Positions 30,364 to 45,074 of a DNA stretch of 64,000 nucleotides are shown here, one piece after another. Both the position numbers and the translations under genes were made by a program. Numbering within the stretch: position 1 is the first letter of the stretch; each line of letters opens with the position of its first letter. The stretch comes from the human T2T-CHM13v2.0 reference genome, Homo sapiens: NCBI RefSeq assembly GCF_009914755.1, contig NC_060947.1; one strand, given 5' to 3'. The notes under the pieces were generated by a model. The model ran no database searches. It saw only the letters and a list, made by a program, of their open reading frames with translations, and was not told the DNA's origin.

Positions 30364-31189
30364 TTGAATATCAAATATTATAGCCACCCCTTATCAAAAC
30401 GCTAAAATGGAATTTCAACATCTTTTGAGCATGGAGAAATTTTTAATCAAAAAAGACTCTACAAAAAGGAAATTAAAAACACAAACAGACACCCAAAGAG
30501 GAAAACTAGAGGCGATGTGCTGCTATAGAAAGAAGGTGTTAGACAAACCACAAAAATGTATCAGCAAAACCACTTCTCTTAATTCTAGCTCCAGGAACCA
30601 TTTGCAACAGAAACAATGCACATGCTGCTCCTGCAGAGAAGCCGGGTGAGCAGTCAGCCCAGCCCACAGAAAGAGTGACCAAAAAGTCACAAGCTATTAA
30701 CTTGAAAAGAACTGAGGACTACAAGCTATAAGCAGAAAGTGACAGAGCCCTCAGTCAATCTGCAGAGATTAACTGCATGCTCATTAATTTCTCTTCAGTA
30801 TAGTCCAATAAGCATGGTCCAGTGTTTTAAAGTAGATCAAGACAGTGGCTCCTCACCCTGCAATGCTGCAGAGACCAGGAGGCAGGTCAGTGTCTCAGGG
30901 AGAGAAGGTAGTGCTGTCAGTGAGTTCCCCAAAACACCCCAAGATTGGGTGTGTGTGTGTGTGCGTATTTACACACAATCATCTATGGGCATTATAACTA
31001 CAAGATATCCATTCCATAGCCCTATAGGGCCTAGCTCACAGGAATCACTAAATTAAATTGACCCAATATTAATAATAGCCAATAATTATTGAGCATTTTA
31101 ATGTATTATCTCCTTTAATCCTCTCAATAACCTTGTGAAGTATGCACTTTCATTGTACTCGTTTTACTGCTTACACAGAAAGGTGAAGG

Positions 31190-31526
31190 GGGCCAGGTGC
31201 AGGGCTCACACCTGTAGTTCCAGAACTTTGGGAGGCTGAGTTGGGAGGATTGCTTGGAGCCTAGGAGTTAGAGACCAGCTTGGGCAACGTGGAAAAACCC
31301 TGTTTCTACCAAAAAAGTATTAAAATATTAGCCAGGTGTGATGGGGTGAGCCTGTAGTCCCAGCTACCCAGGAGGCTGAGATGGAAGATCACCTGAGCCC
31401 AAGGCTGCAGTGAGCCATAATAGCACATCTGCACCCCAGCCTGGGCAACAGAGTGGGATCCTGTCTCAAAAAAGAAAGAGAGAGAGAGAGAGAGAGGGAG
31501 GGAGGGAGGGAGGGAGAGAGAGAGAG
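31190..31526 (+). mobile_element. AluJ with (GA)n(GGGA)n(GA)n tail
   Basis: Dimer with a right-arm deletion; five GGG tracts at 31496-31514. Confidence 0.93.
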
Positions 31527-31629
31527 TTCTTCTTGGAGCTTTCTCTGTGCTGATGCCTACTTTCAGGTTTCAGACTGAGTTCTTCTTGGAGCTTTCTCTG
31601 TGCTGATGCCTACTTTCATGTTTCAGGCT
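31524..31629 (+). repeat. 53-bp tandem duplication
   Basis: 31524-31576 versus 31577-31629, 2 mismatches. Confidence 0.95.
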
Positions 31630-32078
31630 GTGTTGTGTTTAGGCTGGGGAATATCTTGGAGATGGAGGGGTGGGTAGATTGGGGGGTGGGAGTAAACTCA
31701 CCATCGATTTGGTAATATTTGAATTCAGGTTTTCTTCCCCAAACGGCCTGCTACTATCTACTTTTCAGCATCTTCAAATAGCTGCCCCATGAATTCTGTC
31801 CAGTAGGAAATGGTGGGTGGAAGCATGCTTACTCCATCTTGCCTGGAGCTGAGGGCCCTTTATTTCTTCCTTGGAGATCCAGTTGTTGAACACTTATCAA
31901 CACACTACAGGCTGATTGTACCAAGTGTTGGTATAAGCGAGGAGACTCCTTATGCAATCTTTCACATTACATTCAGGCAGGTCTACCATTTTCTATCTGT
32001 GCCTCTGAACAATTAGTTGCCACACCACCCTGGGCCTCAGTATCCTCATTTGTAACTTGAGAATAACCCCGTCTTTAT

Positions 32079-32765
<687 letters not shown>

Positions 32766-34739
32766 CAAATGTAAAATTTAGAAATGGAAAACACAATAAC
32801 AAAAATTTGAAACTCACTCGAAGGGATCAATAGCAGATTGGAGATGACAGAGGAAAGAGCCATTGAACTGAAAGATGAATGAAAAGAAATTATCCAATTG
32901 AACAAGAGAAAGAAAGAGATTTTTTTAAAACATATCTGATTTGTAGTGTTTGCTGATTTCTATACTGAAAATATTTCCACCATGGCCCATGTCAAGGTAC
33001 CAACTACACATTAGTGAATGCATAGTCAGGAAGAGGTGCACACAACTGGCTGTTATCCATAAATATTGCTCACTCCTCAGGCAAAACCAGCAGTACTGTG
33101 GGCTATTGAGTCTCAACCTTCTGACCACACACACCCTGAGGCTGTTGATATCCTTTTTAGGCATTCTCAACTCCCTCTGAGCCGTCCCTGGTGTTCTCCT
33201 CAACCTGATTTCAAATGGATAAAAACGTGCAGAAGGCATACAGTAGGATTGCCAGGGCCATCCCCTCCATCTCTAGAGGAAGTCTGTATGTGTAAGACAA
33301 CATTTCTCCAACAAGGAAATGAGCTAAATGACTTCAGCTAAAACCAACAGTACATTTCTCAAATTAGGAGCCTGATGTCTGACACAGATAAAATGTGGAA
33401 AACATAACCTAGATGAGCAAGTACAGGGTGGGCACACACCCTATATATGGAATGGCAAAGCTGGGCTTATAATTGATCCTCAGGTCTGTCTTGTCATTCT
33501 GGAGCTTTGTACCAAAAGCCGCTGTAGCATTCCAAATACAACCCCATGTTAAAATTACTCAGCACCCTCAAGAAAGGCTGAAAAACACGGTAGGCTGGAA
33601 GTTTCAGTGACAGGGATGCTATTCTGATTAAGAGTCAGTTGTTTGTCAACAAGCAAAGTTTCAGGGTAGGGACGGTTCTGAAATTCTTATACAGGGCTCC
33701 ATGACATCAAAGATCCAAAGATCATAAGCCCCTGCAATGGCTTATGAGTATTAAATCCTCAAAGCCACAAATATCCCAGAAAGTTCCTCTCCAACCTAAC
33801 CATCTCACTTGTACACAACACCCAAAGGTCCAGAGTGAACGAACGACTTTCTCAAGGTCATAAAACTAATGAGCCATAACAAAAAATGCAGTCTTCTGAT
33901 TCCCAGTCCCGTGTTTTTTTCCTGACATCACACTTCCTCTTACACTTCCTTCCCTGAACAAGATTTATCTGGCTAATGGTAATAGAGATGAAAAAGTATT
34001 TGTGTGGTTTAGAGGAGAAACAAAAAAAACTAATGGGCCAGTCACAGTTGACTCTGATAGCATCAAGGAGGAGGTCAAGCTAGTGATATTGTTGTTGTGT
34101 AAGGTAGAAAATGGAAACGCATTCTGAATCGAGGAATTTGGATAGTCCCCTCTAAGAAGTTAGCAGGAACACTGTTTTGAGAAGTGCTCAGGGTGCAGCT
34201 GCAGTGTTATTACAGAGCTGTTGGGAAAGCCCAGTGCCCAAGGTGGTAAATGTATTCTAGGTGCTCCCTGCTACCACCCCGCCTCTGTAGCATACACTGC
34301 CAAGTCTGGTCAATTGTTTGACAAGGCAGCTGTGTGCATGCCCGTTAATTACACTGTGGAGCACCAAAGTGCAGTGTCAGGCAGCTGCCTAGAATATCAA
34401 AAGGCTGCTCGTGGGACAGGCCAGCTATAAGGGCTCTCTTCAGAGAAGTCCATACAGCAGCTGACTCTCCCTCCCCATCTCCCCCTGCCCTCGCCTACGC
34501 AGCCCCCTTTAAAGTCTCATTATGAAGGTTGGAATTCTATATTTTCACAGAGTTACTTTAGAATCCATAATGGAACAAGTGTTGTTGATCTTTCTGACAT
34601 GCCTGAACGAGATGAATGTGAATACTATCTTACATTTCTGCCTCTCCTAATGGTAATATTTCCCTTGAAACCAATGTATCCTTTGCAATATGTTTACCCC
34701 ATCTGATTAGAATTACTTTCAACTAATTCTATGCTTCCA

Positions 34740-35257
<518 letters not shown>

Positions 35258-35772
35258 CTCCTCCATGCTCTTAACCACTACAATGATACTGCCTCAACCA
35301 AAGCTAATGGTGCAGGCCCATCAGCCAACATTAATCTAGCTTCTATAATGTGCATATGTTTGATATTTTGCTCTACTTGCCGCCTTTAGAGTCAAGTCAA
35401 TTTTCTCTACCTGTTTTTCCACAAATACAAGGAGGGAAAATTCAATGCCCTGGGGTGACACTGGGTGATCAAAGTTGACTGGGGTGATCAAAGAAGGCTT
35501 CATGGAAGAGGCGGATTTTGAGTTGGACCTTGAAAGTTTCAAGTCTGCCTATCAGAGGTTAAAGGAGTTAGAGAGGAGAGGTTATATCTGGCAAAGGGAC
35601 CAATGTGAGCAAATTCACACAGGTAGGAATGTACATAGGAAATAAGTTAAGCTGTGAGGCTGAGGTACTGCTGGTGTGCCTGGATCACAAAGAGATTTAG
35701 CTCCAATGTGAAAGATGGACTGATAGACTGGTATATGGATAAGGAGAAGGAGGAAGAAAGGAAAAAGTTGAA

Positions 35773-36105
35773 GTGTATGTATGTGTTTGTGTGTGTTTAC
35801 ATGTGTGTGTACCTGTGTATGTGTGTGTATATGTGTGTACATGCGTGTATGTGTATGTGTGTATATGGGGGTGTGTGTATGTGTGCATGTATGTGTGTGT
35901 ACGTGTGCGTATGTGTGTGCATGTGTCTGTATGTGTGAGCATATGTGTATGTGTATGTGTGTATGTGTGTGTCTGTGTGTGCGCATATGTATGTGAGTAT
36001 GTGTGTGCACATGTGTGTATGTGTGTAAGTGTGGGTATGTATATGTGTGTCTGTGTGTGTATGTGTCTGTGTGTATGTGTGTGCACGTGTGTGTGTGTGT
36101 GTGTA
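35773..36105 (+). repeat. ~330-bp degenerate (TG/TA/CA)n alternating purine-pyrimidine tract
   Basis: Seen directly; source of many spurious ORFs. Confidence 0.96.
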
Positions 36106-36464
36106 AAATAAGAAAAAGCTGGAGAAGCTGGCGATCATTCATTCATAATTTGTTTTCTCTCCCCCCTCCTTCCACCAAGACTCTGTCTGTCCATCACATG
36201 AGTTATTCACTGCCAAGCAAAAGCCTGATACTGCTGCATTCATAATTTTCTGAAAGTTAAAATCCAAGTGATTACAATTTTCTATTTCTGCCCCCTAAAA
36301 ACAGGATTAAACTTTTTATGAAATTCTAATGCCTAACCTAATGTTCCAGCTTACTGAAAGCCCCCAATATGCAGCCACAGCAGTACATTTTCCACATTCT
36401 TAAAGCTTACTTCCTTTCAATACCCTCAACTGTTATTTTTGCCTTTTGTAAAAAAAAAAAAAAA

Positions 36465-36900
36465 AAATTGACGTATCATTTACATACAGTAAAATTCATC
36501 TTTTATTAAATTAGTTCTATGAGTGTTGACAAACCTCCAACAAAATCAAGATAGAAAACTGTTCCAATTCTCTCATGCTGCCCCTTTGTCCCCACCCTGC
36601 AGCTCCTGGCAACCACTGATCTATTTTCACATAAATGGAATTATACAGTACGTAGCTTCTTTCACTTAGCATACAGCATTTGAGTTTCATCCATTTTGTC
36701 ATGTGAATCAGGTGTTTGTTCATTTTTATTGCTGAGTAGGATTCTACTTTATAGATGTTCTATAACTTTTAACCATTCACCAGTTGTAAGACGTTTGGGT
36801 GGCTTCCAGTTTTTAGCAGTTATGAATAAAGCTGCTATAAACATTGGCATACAGGGTTTTGTACAAACATAAGTTTTCGTTTCACTTGGGTGGGTAAATA

Positions 36901-36901
<1 letters not shown>
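36465..36901 (-). mobile_element. Old L1 (L1MB/ME-like) 3' end
   Basis: CCTGGCAACCACTGATCT; ATGAATAAAGCTGCTATAAACATT. Confidence 0.82.
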
Positions 36902-37621
<720 letters not shown>

Positions 37622-38832
37622 TTTTCAATCACATTTCCAGGATGGGTTTTTTTTCCTGCCTTCTTAATCAGAGTAAAGTGAATATAATCTAATTATAGCT
37701 TGATGACTTGGGTCTAGCATTATAAGCACTATTGGATTATACTGGGATCCTGTTTTAATGTCTGGCTTCCAGGAAGAAAAAAGCTGTGTCTCCTTTATAC
37801 CACTTTATGTTCTAAGTACTAAGAATACATACAGGGAGGCAAGAGAGTCCCTATCTAACAGGTGGAGATAATACTCAAGGCTGTTGTGGCCCATATGATT
37901 GTTTGTCTTTTGCTCAATAGCCTCTGACTGCTGAGCTTTTCCCAGTTTTTGCATATGTCTTTTAAAATTCTACTCCACCCCTGCATTCAAGATTTTGGCT
38001 GTTATTTCTCCTGATTCTCAGTGGACCTGCTGTTAATAGCCTCTCATCTAATTTGCTGTGGGCCAGCAAGCCAGATAATGAAGTCTATTAGAATTGTGTA
38101 CAAAATAAGGTTACTGATTAAAGTTAGGACCTGACTGCCTCTCCTGATGCTTCTCCCACAGGATAAAGTCCATGGTCTTGATGATAGTTATTTTGACCTC
38201 TTAAAGGCCTTCTTTGTTTCCTTCCAGGTTCTGGACATCTTCCAGAAAGGCCACCTAAGATTACTGGCAGTCTAAACTACAGATAATGGGGATGGTACCA
38301 CAGTTCACATCTACTATAATCTAATCTGTTGAAACCTTTGCTCTATCTCCATGCTGTGCAGAAGGACAAGTGAGCTTTATGATCTAGGGGAACTAGGTTT
38401 GCATAACTTTAATGTAGTTAACAACAGAACAATAGAGAACAAGCCATTAACCCAAAGAGCAAAGGCAAGGCCTGTTAGGACAGGAAAATGAGTGAAGATA
38501 AAATATATGCCAAGTTCTGCCTCCTACGCCCAAAAGCCTCTATTTCTCATTGGGACTACTGTATTTCAAAGAAAGTGCAAGTTTTTTTTTAAGTGTGTAT
38601 ATCCCATTTTCTATCCATCTTGAATGCAAAGTCATTCAGCACATACATCAGCCTCTCACTGCAACTTACAATTGTCCTTCTAGATTTGAAAGGCTTTGTG
38701 ACCTCACAGAGGGACTGAATTACAACTAAAATTTAGCAGTAGAAACAGCTGTTCCTATGGATGCTTTCTTTCCTCTTCCACCTTGTTAGAGTAAATCTTC
38801 AGAAATTCAAATAAAATAAAGAAACTACTTAC

Positions 38833-39230
38833 CTTCTTAAATAATCTCTGCTTTACCAAACAGAATCATACCTTCTATTGTCTTCCTTTTTAAAAAAAAA
38901 TCAGTGGGTTTTGGGCAAGGTCTGCTTTGTGCCAAATACATTGTCTCAAATACATCAGCGATTTCCATTCCAAAGAAGAGTTCAGTCACTTGCTGAATAA
39001 AATAATTTTCCACAGCACAGGAAATGAGGAGATTGGATATTCTATCAGATGGGCAACTGAACAAACAGGGCTCCAGGTGGCTAATGTCACAAGGATGAAG
39101 GCGCCCAGGGGAATAAGGAGGCTTTGGAGTTTCAATGGCCTTCTCTTCATCAACATCCAACAGAACGTAATTGCATTTCCACCACGATAGCAGGATTTTT
39201 CCAACCATCCCCCAGATAATAATCTATTCT
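38833..39230 (-). other. Candidate minus-strand exon in unique DNA (5' boundary unknown)
   Basis: Consensus donor AAG|GTAAGT (GT at 38832-38831) and a second donor AAG|GTATGA (exon end 38872); 123-aa ORF with no recognisable homology. Confidence 0.3.
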
Positions 39231-39714
39231 AATGTAATGCAGTTTCTTTAGAAGGACACAATTTATTGCAATACTGAGCTATTTATTTCCTTCCTTTCCT
39301 TTAATTATCTATCTTTGACCTTAGTCTTAAAAAAAAAACTCTCTTTTTGTTGGCTAGTTCCAGCTAAAGGTACCCTGTTGAAGAAAATGGACTCCTGTTA
39401 TTTCTATGAAAGATTTTAAAAGGTTGAGAAAATATTTTGTCTGTTTTATTTTAATTAAAATTGACTATGACATTTTTCTTTCCGAGAAACATCATTTCCA
39501 AGCTCTGCTTCTGACGTAATTGCATGCTTTTAAAAAAAAAAATCCCTAAATGGCTTTGTGTCAGTGAAGTGACTAATAGCATTCACCACTCATAAAAAAA
39601 ATAGCTCGTTTATGTTAGCTACATTTAGATAGTTGTCTATGCAACATGAAGTTAATTTGATTAACTTAGATGAGCACTGTACTGCTCATGGCACATCTTC
39701 TTCAAAACCCTTAA

Positions 39715-39985
39715 ATGATATTAAGGAAATATTGTCAGCTCTTTTGTGTGATCATGGTTTTGTGGTTATTTTTGTAAAAAATCTTTATGTTTCAGGGACA
39801 CATGTATGAAACAATAGGATGCCTAGGATTTGCTTCCACATAATAAGGGGTAAATGGGGCATGAGATTAAATGAGAGTGGTCATAAGATGACAATTGCTG
39901 CAGCAGGGTGATGGCTGCATGAGGAGTTGTCATATTGTTCTGTTACTTTTGTATATGTTCAACATTTTCCATAGTAAAAAAGTGA
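39715..39985 (+). mobile_element. L1MC/ME 3' end fragment
   Basis: ACTTTTGTATATGTT...ATTTTCCATAGTAAAAA. Confidence 0.7.
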
Positions 39986-40793
39986 AAACCTTTAATCACT
40001 CTAATGCCCAAAAATGTATCAACTTCTCAAGACAGAAAGGCTAAAGAGGAAATAAAATTATAAAGAAAAAGAAAAATTTTTTTAAGTATCAACTCCTTAG
40101 TCTGTCTTTCAAAGCCTTGGTTAAACTTTGCATTTACAAAGCTAATTTGTAAACCTAGCCTCTCCCTATTCTCACTAATGTAACCTCTGCACCAGCCAAA
40201 CTGGACTACTGACAATCTACTGAAAATGTCTGGTATATACTCACTTCTGGATTCTAGCACATTTGATCCCCTCTGCCAGAAATGTCTTGCCTTTCCCATA
40301 TCTATTTCTGTCAAATTCCATCCAGTCCCATATCAAATGTCACTTGTTCCATGAAGGCTTGCATTAATCCCTCATTGGAAATCAAATCTTTTCCCATCAT
40401 AGTCTGTTTGCATTGTCTGTTTAATTATTACATGATTACCTAATTAAATGAGGTATAAACTTAATGGTAAAATTGTTCACAGAAAATAATGATTTGGTAT
40501 AGTTCAGTGTAAAGATGGTATTAGATCAAAATTTTATTGAATATTTACCTGACATGCAACACTGTGATTTATTCTTGGAGCATTATATAAAGAATGGAAT
40601 CTGGTCCCAAATTAAGTATCTCTGTACTTAACTTCTAATCACAGATTAGAATGATGGAAGGGAAAGCATGACATTATCAGTAAGCATTTACTGGGTGCCC
40701 ACCAAAAAACGGGAATGCCCAAACGCTAGTCGTAACCATTTGCACAGACACAGTTTCTATCCCTCCAGAGCTTTCAAACTAAGCCTTAAAATA

Positions 40794-41028
40794 CAGTTGT
40801 CCCTTAGTACCCATGAGGGATTGATTCCAGGACACCTACATATACCCAAATCCTTGCATACTCAAGTCCCACAGTTGGCCCTGTGGAACCACCATATAGG
40901 AAAAGTTGGTCCTCCTCAAAGGCAGTTTTGCATCCCAGAAATACTTTTGTTCCTCATTTGATTGAACAAAAAAGCCACATGTAAGTGGACTTTTGCCGTT
41001 CAAACCCCTGTTCTTCAAGGATCAACTG
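40794..41028 (-). mobile_element. MER8 (Tigger-type MITE)
   Basis: 235 bp; TIRs CAGTTGTCCCTT / AAGGATCAACTG; TA on the left flank; internal sequence matches MER8 as recalled. Confidence 0.85.
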
Positions 41029-41084
41029 CAGATGCAGATGGACAGGCCCAGATAGACAACAAGTGTTTCTATTTCAAGAGTGAG

Positions 41085-42460
41085 CACATTTGACATGGGA
41101 AATCTTCTCATGATACAATATTAAGTTGAAAAAAGGACAGAATACTAAACTATATATATAATATGACCCTATATATAAACATGACCCTAGTTTTGTAAGA
41201 AAAAAGCAGTTTCTATATATAGAAAAAAAGAAAAAGGAATTACAAAAAAGTTAACAGTAGTTATTTCTAGGTGATAACATGAGAGATAATTTTTCTTTCT
41301 TTTAGTTTTTTGGTACCTCTAAAATTTTTATAATGTGCAGCTATATTTACATAATGAGGGAAAGATAATGATTTTTAAAGTATATTTAGAAAATTAAATC
41401 TCATGCCATATACCAAATGGATTAAATATTTGAATCTGAAGTACCAGAACCATAAAAATACTAGAATAAAACGTGGGCAATTTTTTTATAATTTCAGGGT
41501 GGGAAAGATCTAAGATGCCATATAACCCAGAAGCCATAAAAGCAAAGATTGATCAATTTGACTATATAATCTAAAAAAATTGTATCACAAAAAATCATTA
41601 TCAGGAAATCAAAGACAAACTGGAAAAAATAGCAACACGCCCTACAGACAAACGGCCAGTTTCCTTAATATATAAAGGACCCCTACATATCAATAAAACT
41701 AAGGCCAAGAACCCAATTACAAATTAGACAATGGATAAATATAGATAATTCACTTAAAAAGGAAATAGCTATTTCTCTTAAACATATGAAATGTGTTCAG
41801 TCTCATAAATGTGCAAACTAAATCTAGAATATGTACAACTACAATATGTATCAGATAAAGAAAGATAAAAATAACACATTCTGTTGCAAGAGTGTGGGGA
41901 AATGGGCACCCTCATACATTGTTGATGGGATTAATAATTATTTTGATTGCAATAGAGACAATTTGGTAATTTCTATCAAAATTAAAAATATACCCACCCT
42001 TTGACCCAGCAATTTCCCTTCAAGGGATTTAACCTACAGATATACTCCCATATATACAAAAAGACCTTTACAAAAATAGGCATTAGAGCAATGTTTGTAA
42101 TAGCAAAAACTTTGAAACCATCTAGATGTCCGTCAACAAATTATGGCTCATCCATACATTGAATTGGGCATTTTTACATGTACTGATATGAACTACCTCC
42201 AAAATAATGCTAAATGAAAAAAGTTGAGTGTTGATGAGTGTATAAAGTATGTTATTATTTGTATTGTGTAAATGCTTAGAATGTCTTTGGAAAATAAATA
42301 CAAGTTGGTGGTAGTTATTGCCCTGGGGAAGGAAATCGAATGGCTGTGATTAGAATAGAAGGACAACTTTTCACTTTTTGAGTTTTTTAAATGTATTTAC
42401 TTATTTTTACTGCTTGGGATTTGCACCATATGCATGTATTTGTTATTCAAAACTTATTTA
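41085..42460 (+). mobile_element. Old L1 (L1ME-like) fragments
   Basis: CCCTTTGACCCAGCAATT; CTCATACATTGTTGATGGGA. Confidence 0.72.
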
Positions 42461-43023
42461 AAAGTGATGAAAGTTTAAAAATCCCTTAAAAAGTAGATAT
42501 ATGGGAGAGTAATAGTTTAAAATATCCATGTTCCAACAAGCTTTGGATCAGTGTATGAAAGCTTAAGCCGGCAGATAGAGGGCAAGGTCACTGATTTTTT
42601 GAATATAGAAAGAGAATGTTAAGCTATCAAAGTTAAACAATGATCTGAGAGCATCTGTAAGTTAGGAGAGAAGAAAACCCACATAGCCCTACAAATATAA
42701 AATAACATTCAACCAAGATTCATGAATAGAAAAAGAAGAAAACTTAAAAAGTTATACTGTACCTTAAGAAAGAATATAAGTATGTTACCTGAAAAAATCT
42801 CCTGACACTAATGACAGAGATATAATAAGAGGAATTAAGGAGGTAACAATAAAAATTCAACTTTCCATTGTATTGGGATACGATCACGTTATTAGAAGCT
42901 CTGGTCCAATTTTTTGATAGGGGATTCAAGCTCTGTCTATAACCAAGGGGAAGTCTTGGGCAATTTGTGGTCAGGTATGCCACAGAAGAATCAGTGACTA
43001 CTTTTCTTCCCTGGGAATCGGCC

Positions 43024-43026
<3 letters not shown>

Positions 43027-43066
<40 letters not shown>
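43027..43066 (+). repeat. (CA)20 microsatellite
   Basis: Perfect repeat. Confidence 0.98.
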
Positions 43067-43069
<3 letters not shown>

Positions 43070-43140
43070 CCCACAGTTCAGCAAGAAGCCCTTTCCTTTT
43101 TTTGTTGTTGCTTTTATTTCTCACTGCTTTTCTGCTCTCT

Positions 43141-43171
43141 TGACGCCAATGCCATGCAGATGAGTCATCTG
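43141..43171. promoter_or_regulatory. Candidate AP-1/E-box palindrome with adjacent TGACGCCAAT
   Basis: CAGATGAGTCATCTG at 43157-43171. Confidence 0.45.
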
Positions 43172-43862
43172 ACAACATCATTGACTTTAACTTTTGTTAT
43201 TTATGATCTTTATTACAGTCTTACCCTTCACTGCTCCACTAACAGACCCACCCATTTTGCCCCAGGAGCAAACCAAAAGAAATTTGATTTAAAAGGGAAA
43301 CTGTAGTCAATCAGAGCCATGCTGATCCGTTTAAGAACAGTGAACAGACAGGATCTAGGGAAAATTACATAAACCTTCTAAATAAGTAAATTAAATATCA
43401 CTCAAGACACAATGGCTTCTCTCAAATGAACACTAAGAAGGCAGCCAGAAACAGGTTTTAGGAAGAGCCACAAAAATGATCCAACTTAACGCAAAACCAG
43501 TAAAGCAAATTCCCTTGTGGTGGGTAGACTGCTGAGAAGCTTTCTGGGTGAGGTGTTATTCAAAAGTTCAAAAAGTACAGGGTAAGCCACAGGACACTGG
43601 GAAATACCCAGAATGCCCTCCGTGTGCCACCATAAGCTATTTAAAAGAGCTGGCTATATTTGGTCTCATGAGACCACAGACTAAGTCTAGATTTTCACAC
43701 ATATATTCCAAAACCAAGTCATATGAAATGTTTATTGTACCTTGTCTGCATTTTACATGTAAATTATCGTATGGTTTCTACAATGGTTTGCTTTTCAGTT
43801 TTATCAGGAATGCTACCTGAGTAGAAGGTTGAAGCAGAGTAGGAGCCTTGACATTGTCTCTC

Positions 43863-43877
43863 CTGACATCTAGTGGA
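43863..43877 (-). promoter_or_regulatory. Candidate CTCF site
   Basis: Minus strand reads TCCACTAGATGTCAG. Confidence 0.4.
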
Positions 43878-44073
43878 TGGATACCAGATACCACAGTAAT
43901 TATAATATTTTCAAAGGATTAATTTTGAGTATGATGGATATTTCTCTCTCTCTGTCTTTCATATGCTTTTCAAAAATGATCAAAGTTTTTTTTAATCATG
44001 TTTAAAGGTAGAAAGCAAAACTAAACCCCTACTGAATTACACATACATACTGGTCTGTCATATCCACCCAACG

Positions 44074-44405
44074 TTTTTCTTTTTTTCTTCTTCTTTTTAT
44101 TTCCTTTTCTTTCTTTCTTTCTTGAGACAGGATATCACTCTGTCACCCAGGCTGGAGTGCAATGGTATGATCTCAGCTCACTGCAGCCTCCGCCTTCTGG
44201 GTTCAAGTGATTCTCGTGCCTCAACCTCCAGAGTAGCTGGGATTATAGTCGTGCACCACCAAACCCGGCGAATTTTTGTATTTTTAGTAGAGACAGAGTT
44301 TCGCCATGTTGGCCAGGCTGGTCTCGAATTCCTGGCCACAAGCAATCCACCTGCCTTGGCCTCCCAAAGTGCTGGGATTACAGGTGTTCACCACCATGCC
44401 CGGCC
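44074..44405 (-). mobile_element. Alu (S/J) with pyrimidine-rich tail
   Basis: Full reverse dimer. Confidence 0.95.
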
Positions 44406-44512
44406 TACAGCCATGTTTTTCTATTTTTCCTTAGGATGACCCCGTAATTCCACAGACTCACTTTTTGTAGGCATCCAAGACAGCAAGGCCTGGTGATGAA
44501 AAGCATGGATTC

Positions 44513-44745
44513 TGTATTCATTTTCTGTAGTTGATGGAGCAAACTATTACAAACTCAGTGGCTTAAAACAATACACATTTATTACCTTACACTTCTGAGG
44601 TCAGAAGTCCTAAAAAATCATGGTGTCAGTCCAGCTGCATTCCTTCTGGAAGCTCTAAGAGAAAATACAGTTTCTCACCCTTTCTGGCTTCTAGAGGCTG
44701 CCCACATTCCTTGGCTCCTGGCTCCATTTCTCCACCTTCATACTT
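44513..44745 (-). mobile_element. MaLR LTR fragment (MLT1D/E-like)
   Basis: CAAACTCAGTGGCTTAAAACAA...TTCTAGAGGCTGCCCACATTCCTTGGCTC. Confidence 0.8.
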
Positions 44746-45074
44746 CAGGATACATATCTTAGTCAGTGACCCAACCTTCAATGACACGACAGTATTTGTT
44801 TGTCTCGGATCAATGTCCAGCTTGCAATGATCAATTAAATTATAAGAACATTTCCGGGGGCAGAGGCATTGCTCTGCAAGAGAAAATGATCTTTAGCCCC
44901 TAGAAGATGTGTTTGTTACTCAATATTTTTTAGGTATATTGGGCATTATATAGGGGTTCAGGAAATCTGGCTCCTAATTCTAGATCTTTTATTTATCTGG
45001 GCACTTAGATGGAGTATACAGTGGTATATAAAGACACCCGGAGAATTACCACCTAATTTCCAATCTCCCCTAAT

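Noticed and set aside
31524-31629. Direct repeats as a CRISPR-like array
   Set aside because: Two adjacent copies without spacers, in eukaryotic DNA; simple duplication
35615-36245. Several His/Thr-rich or Cys/Val-rich ORFs up to 175 aa
   Set aside because: Artefacts of the (TG)n/(CA)n tract
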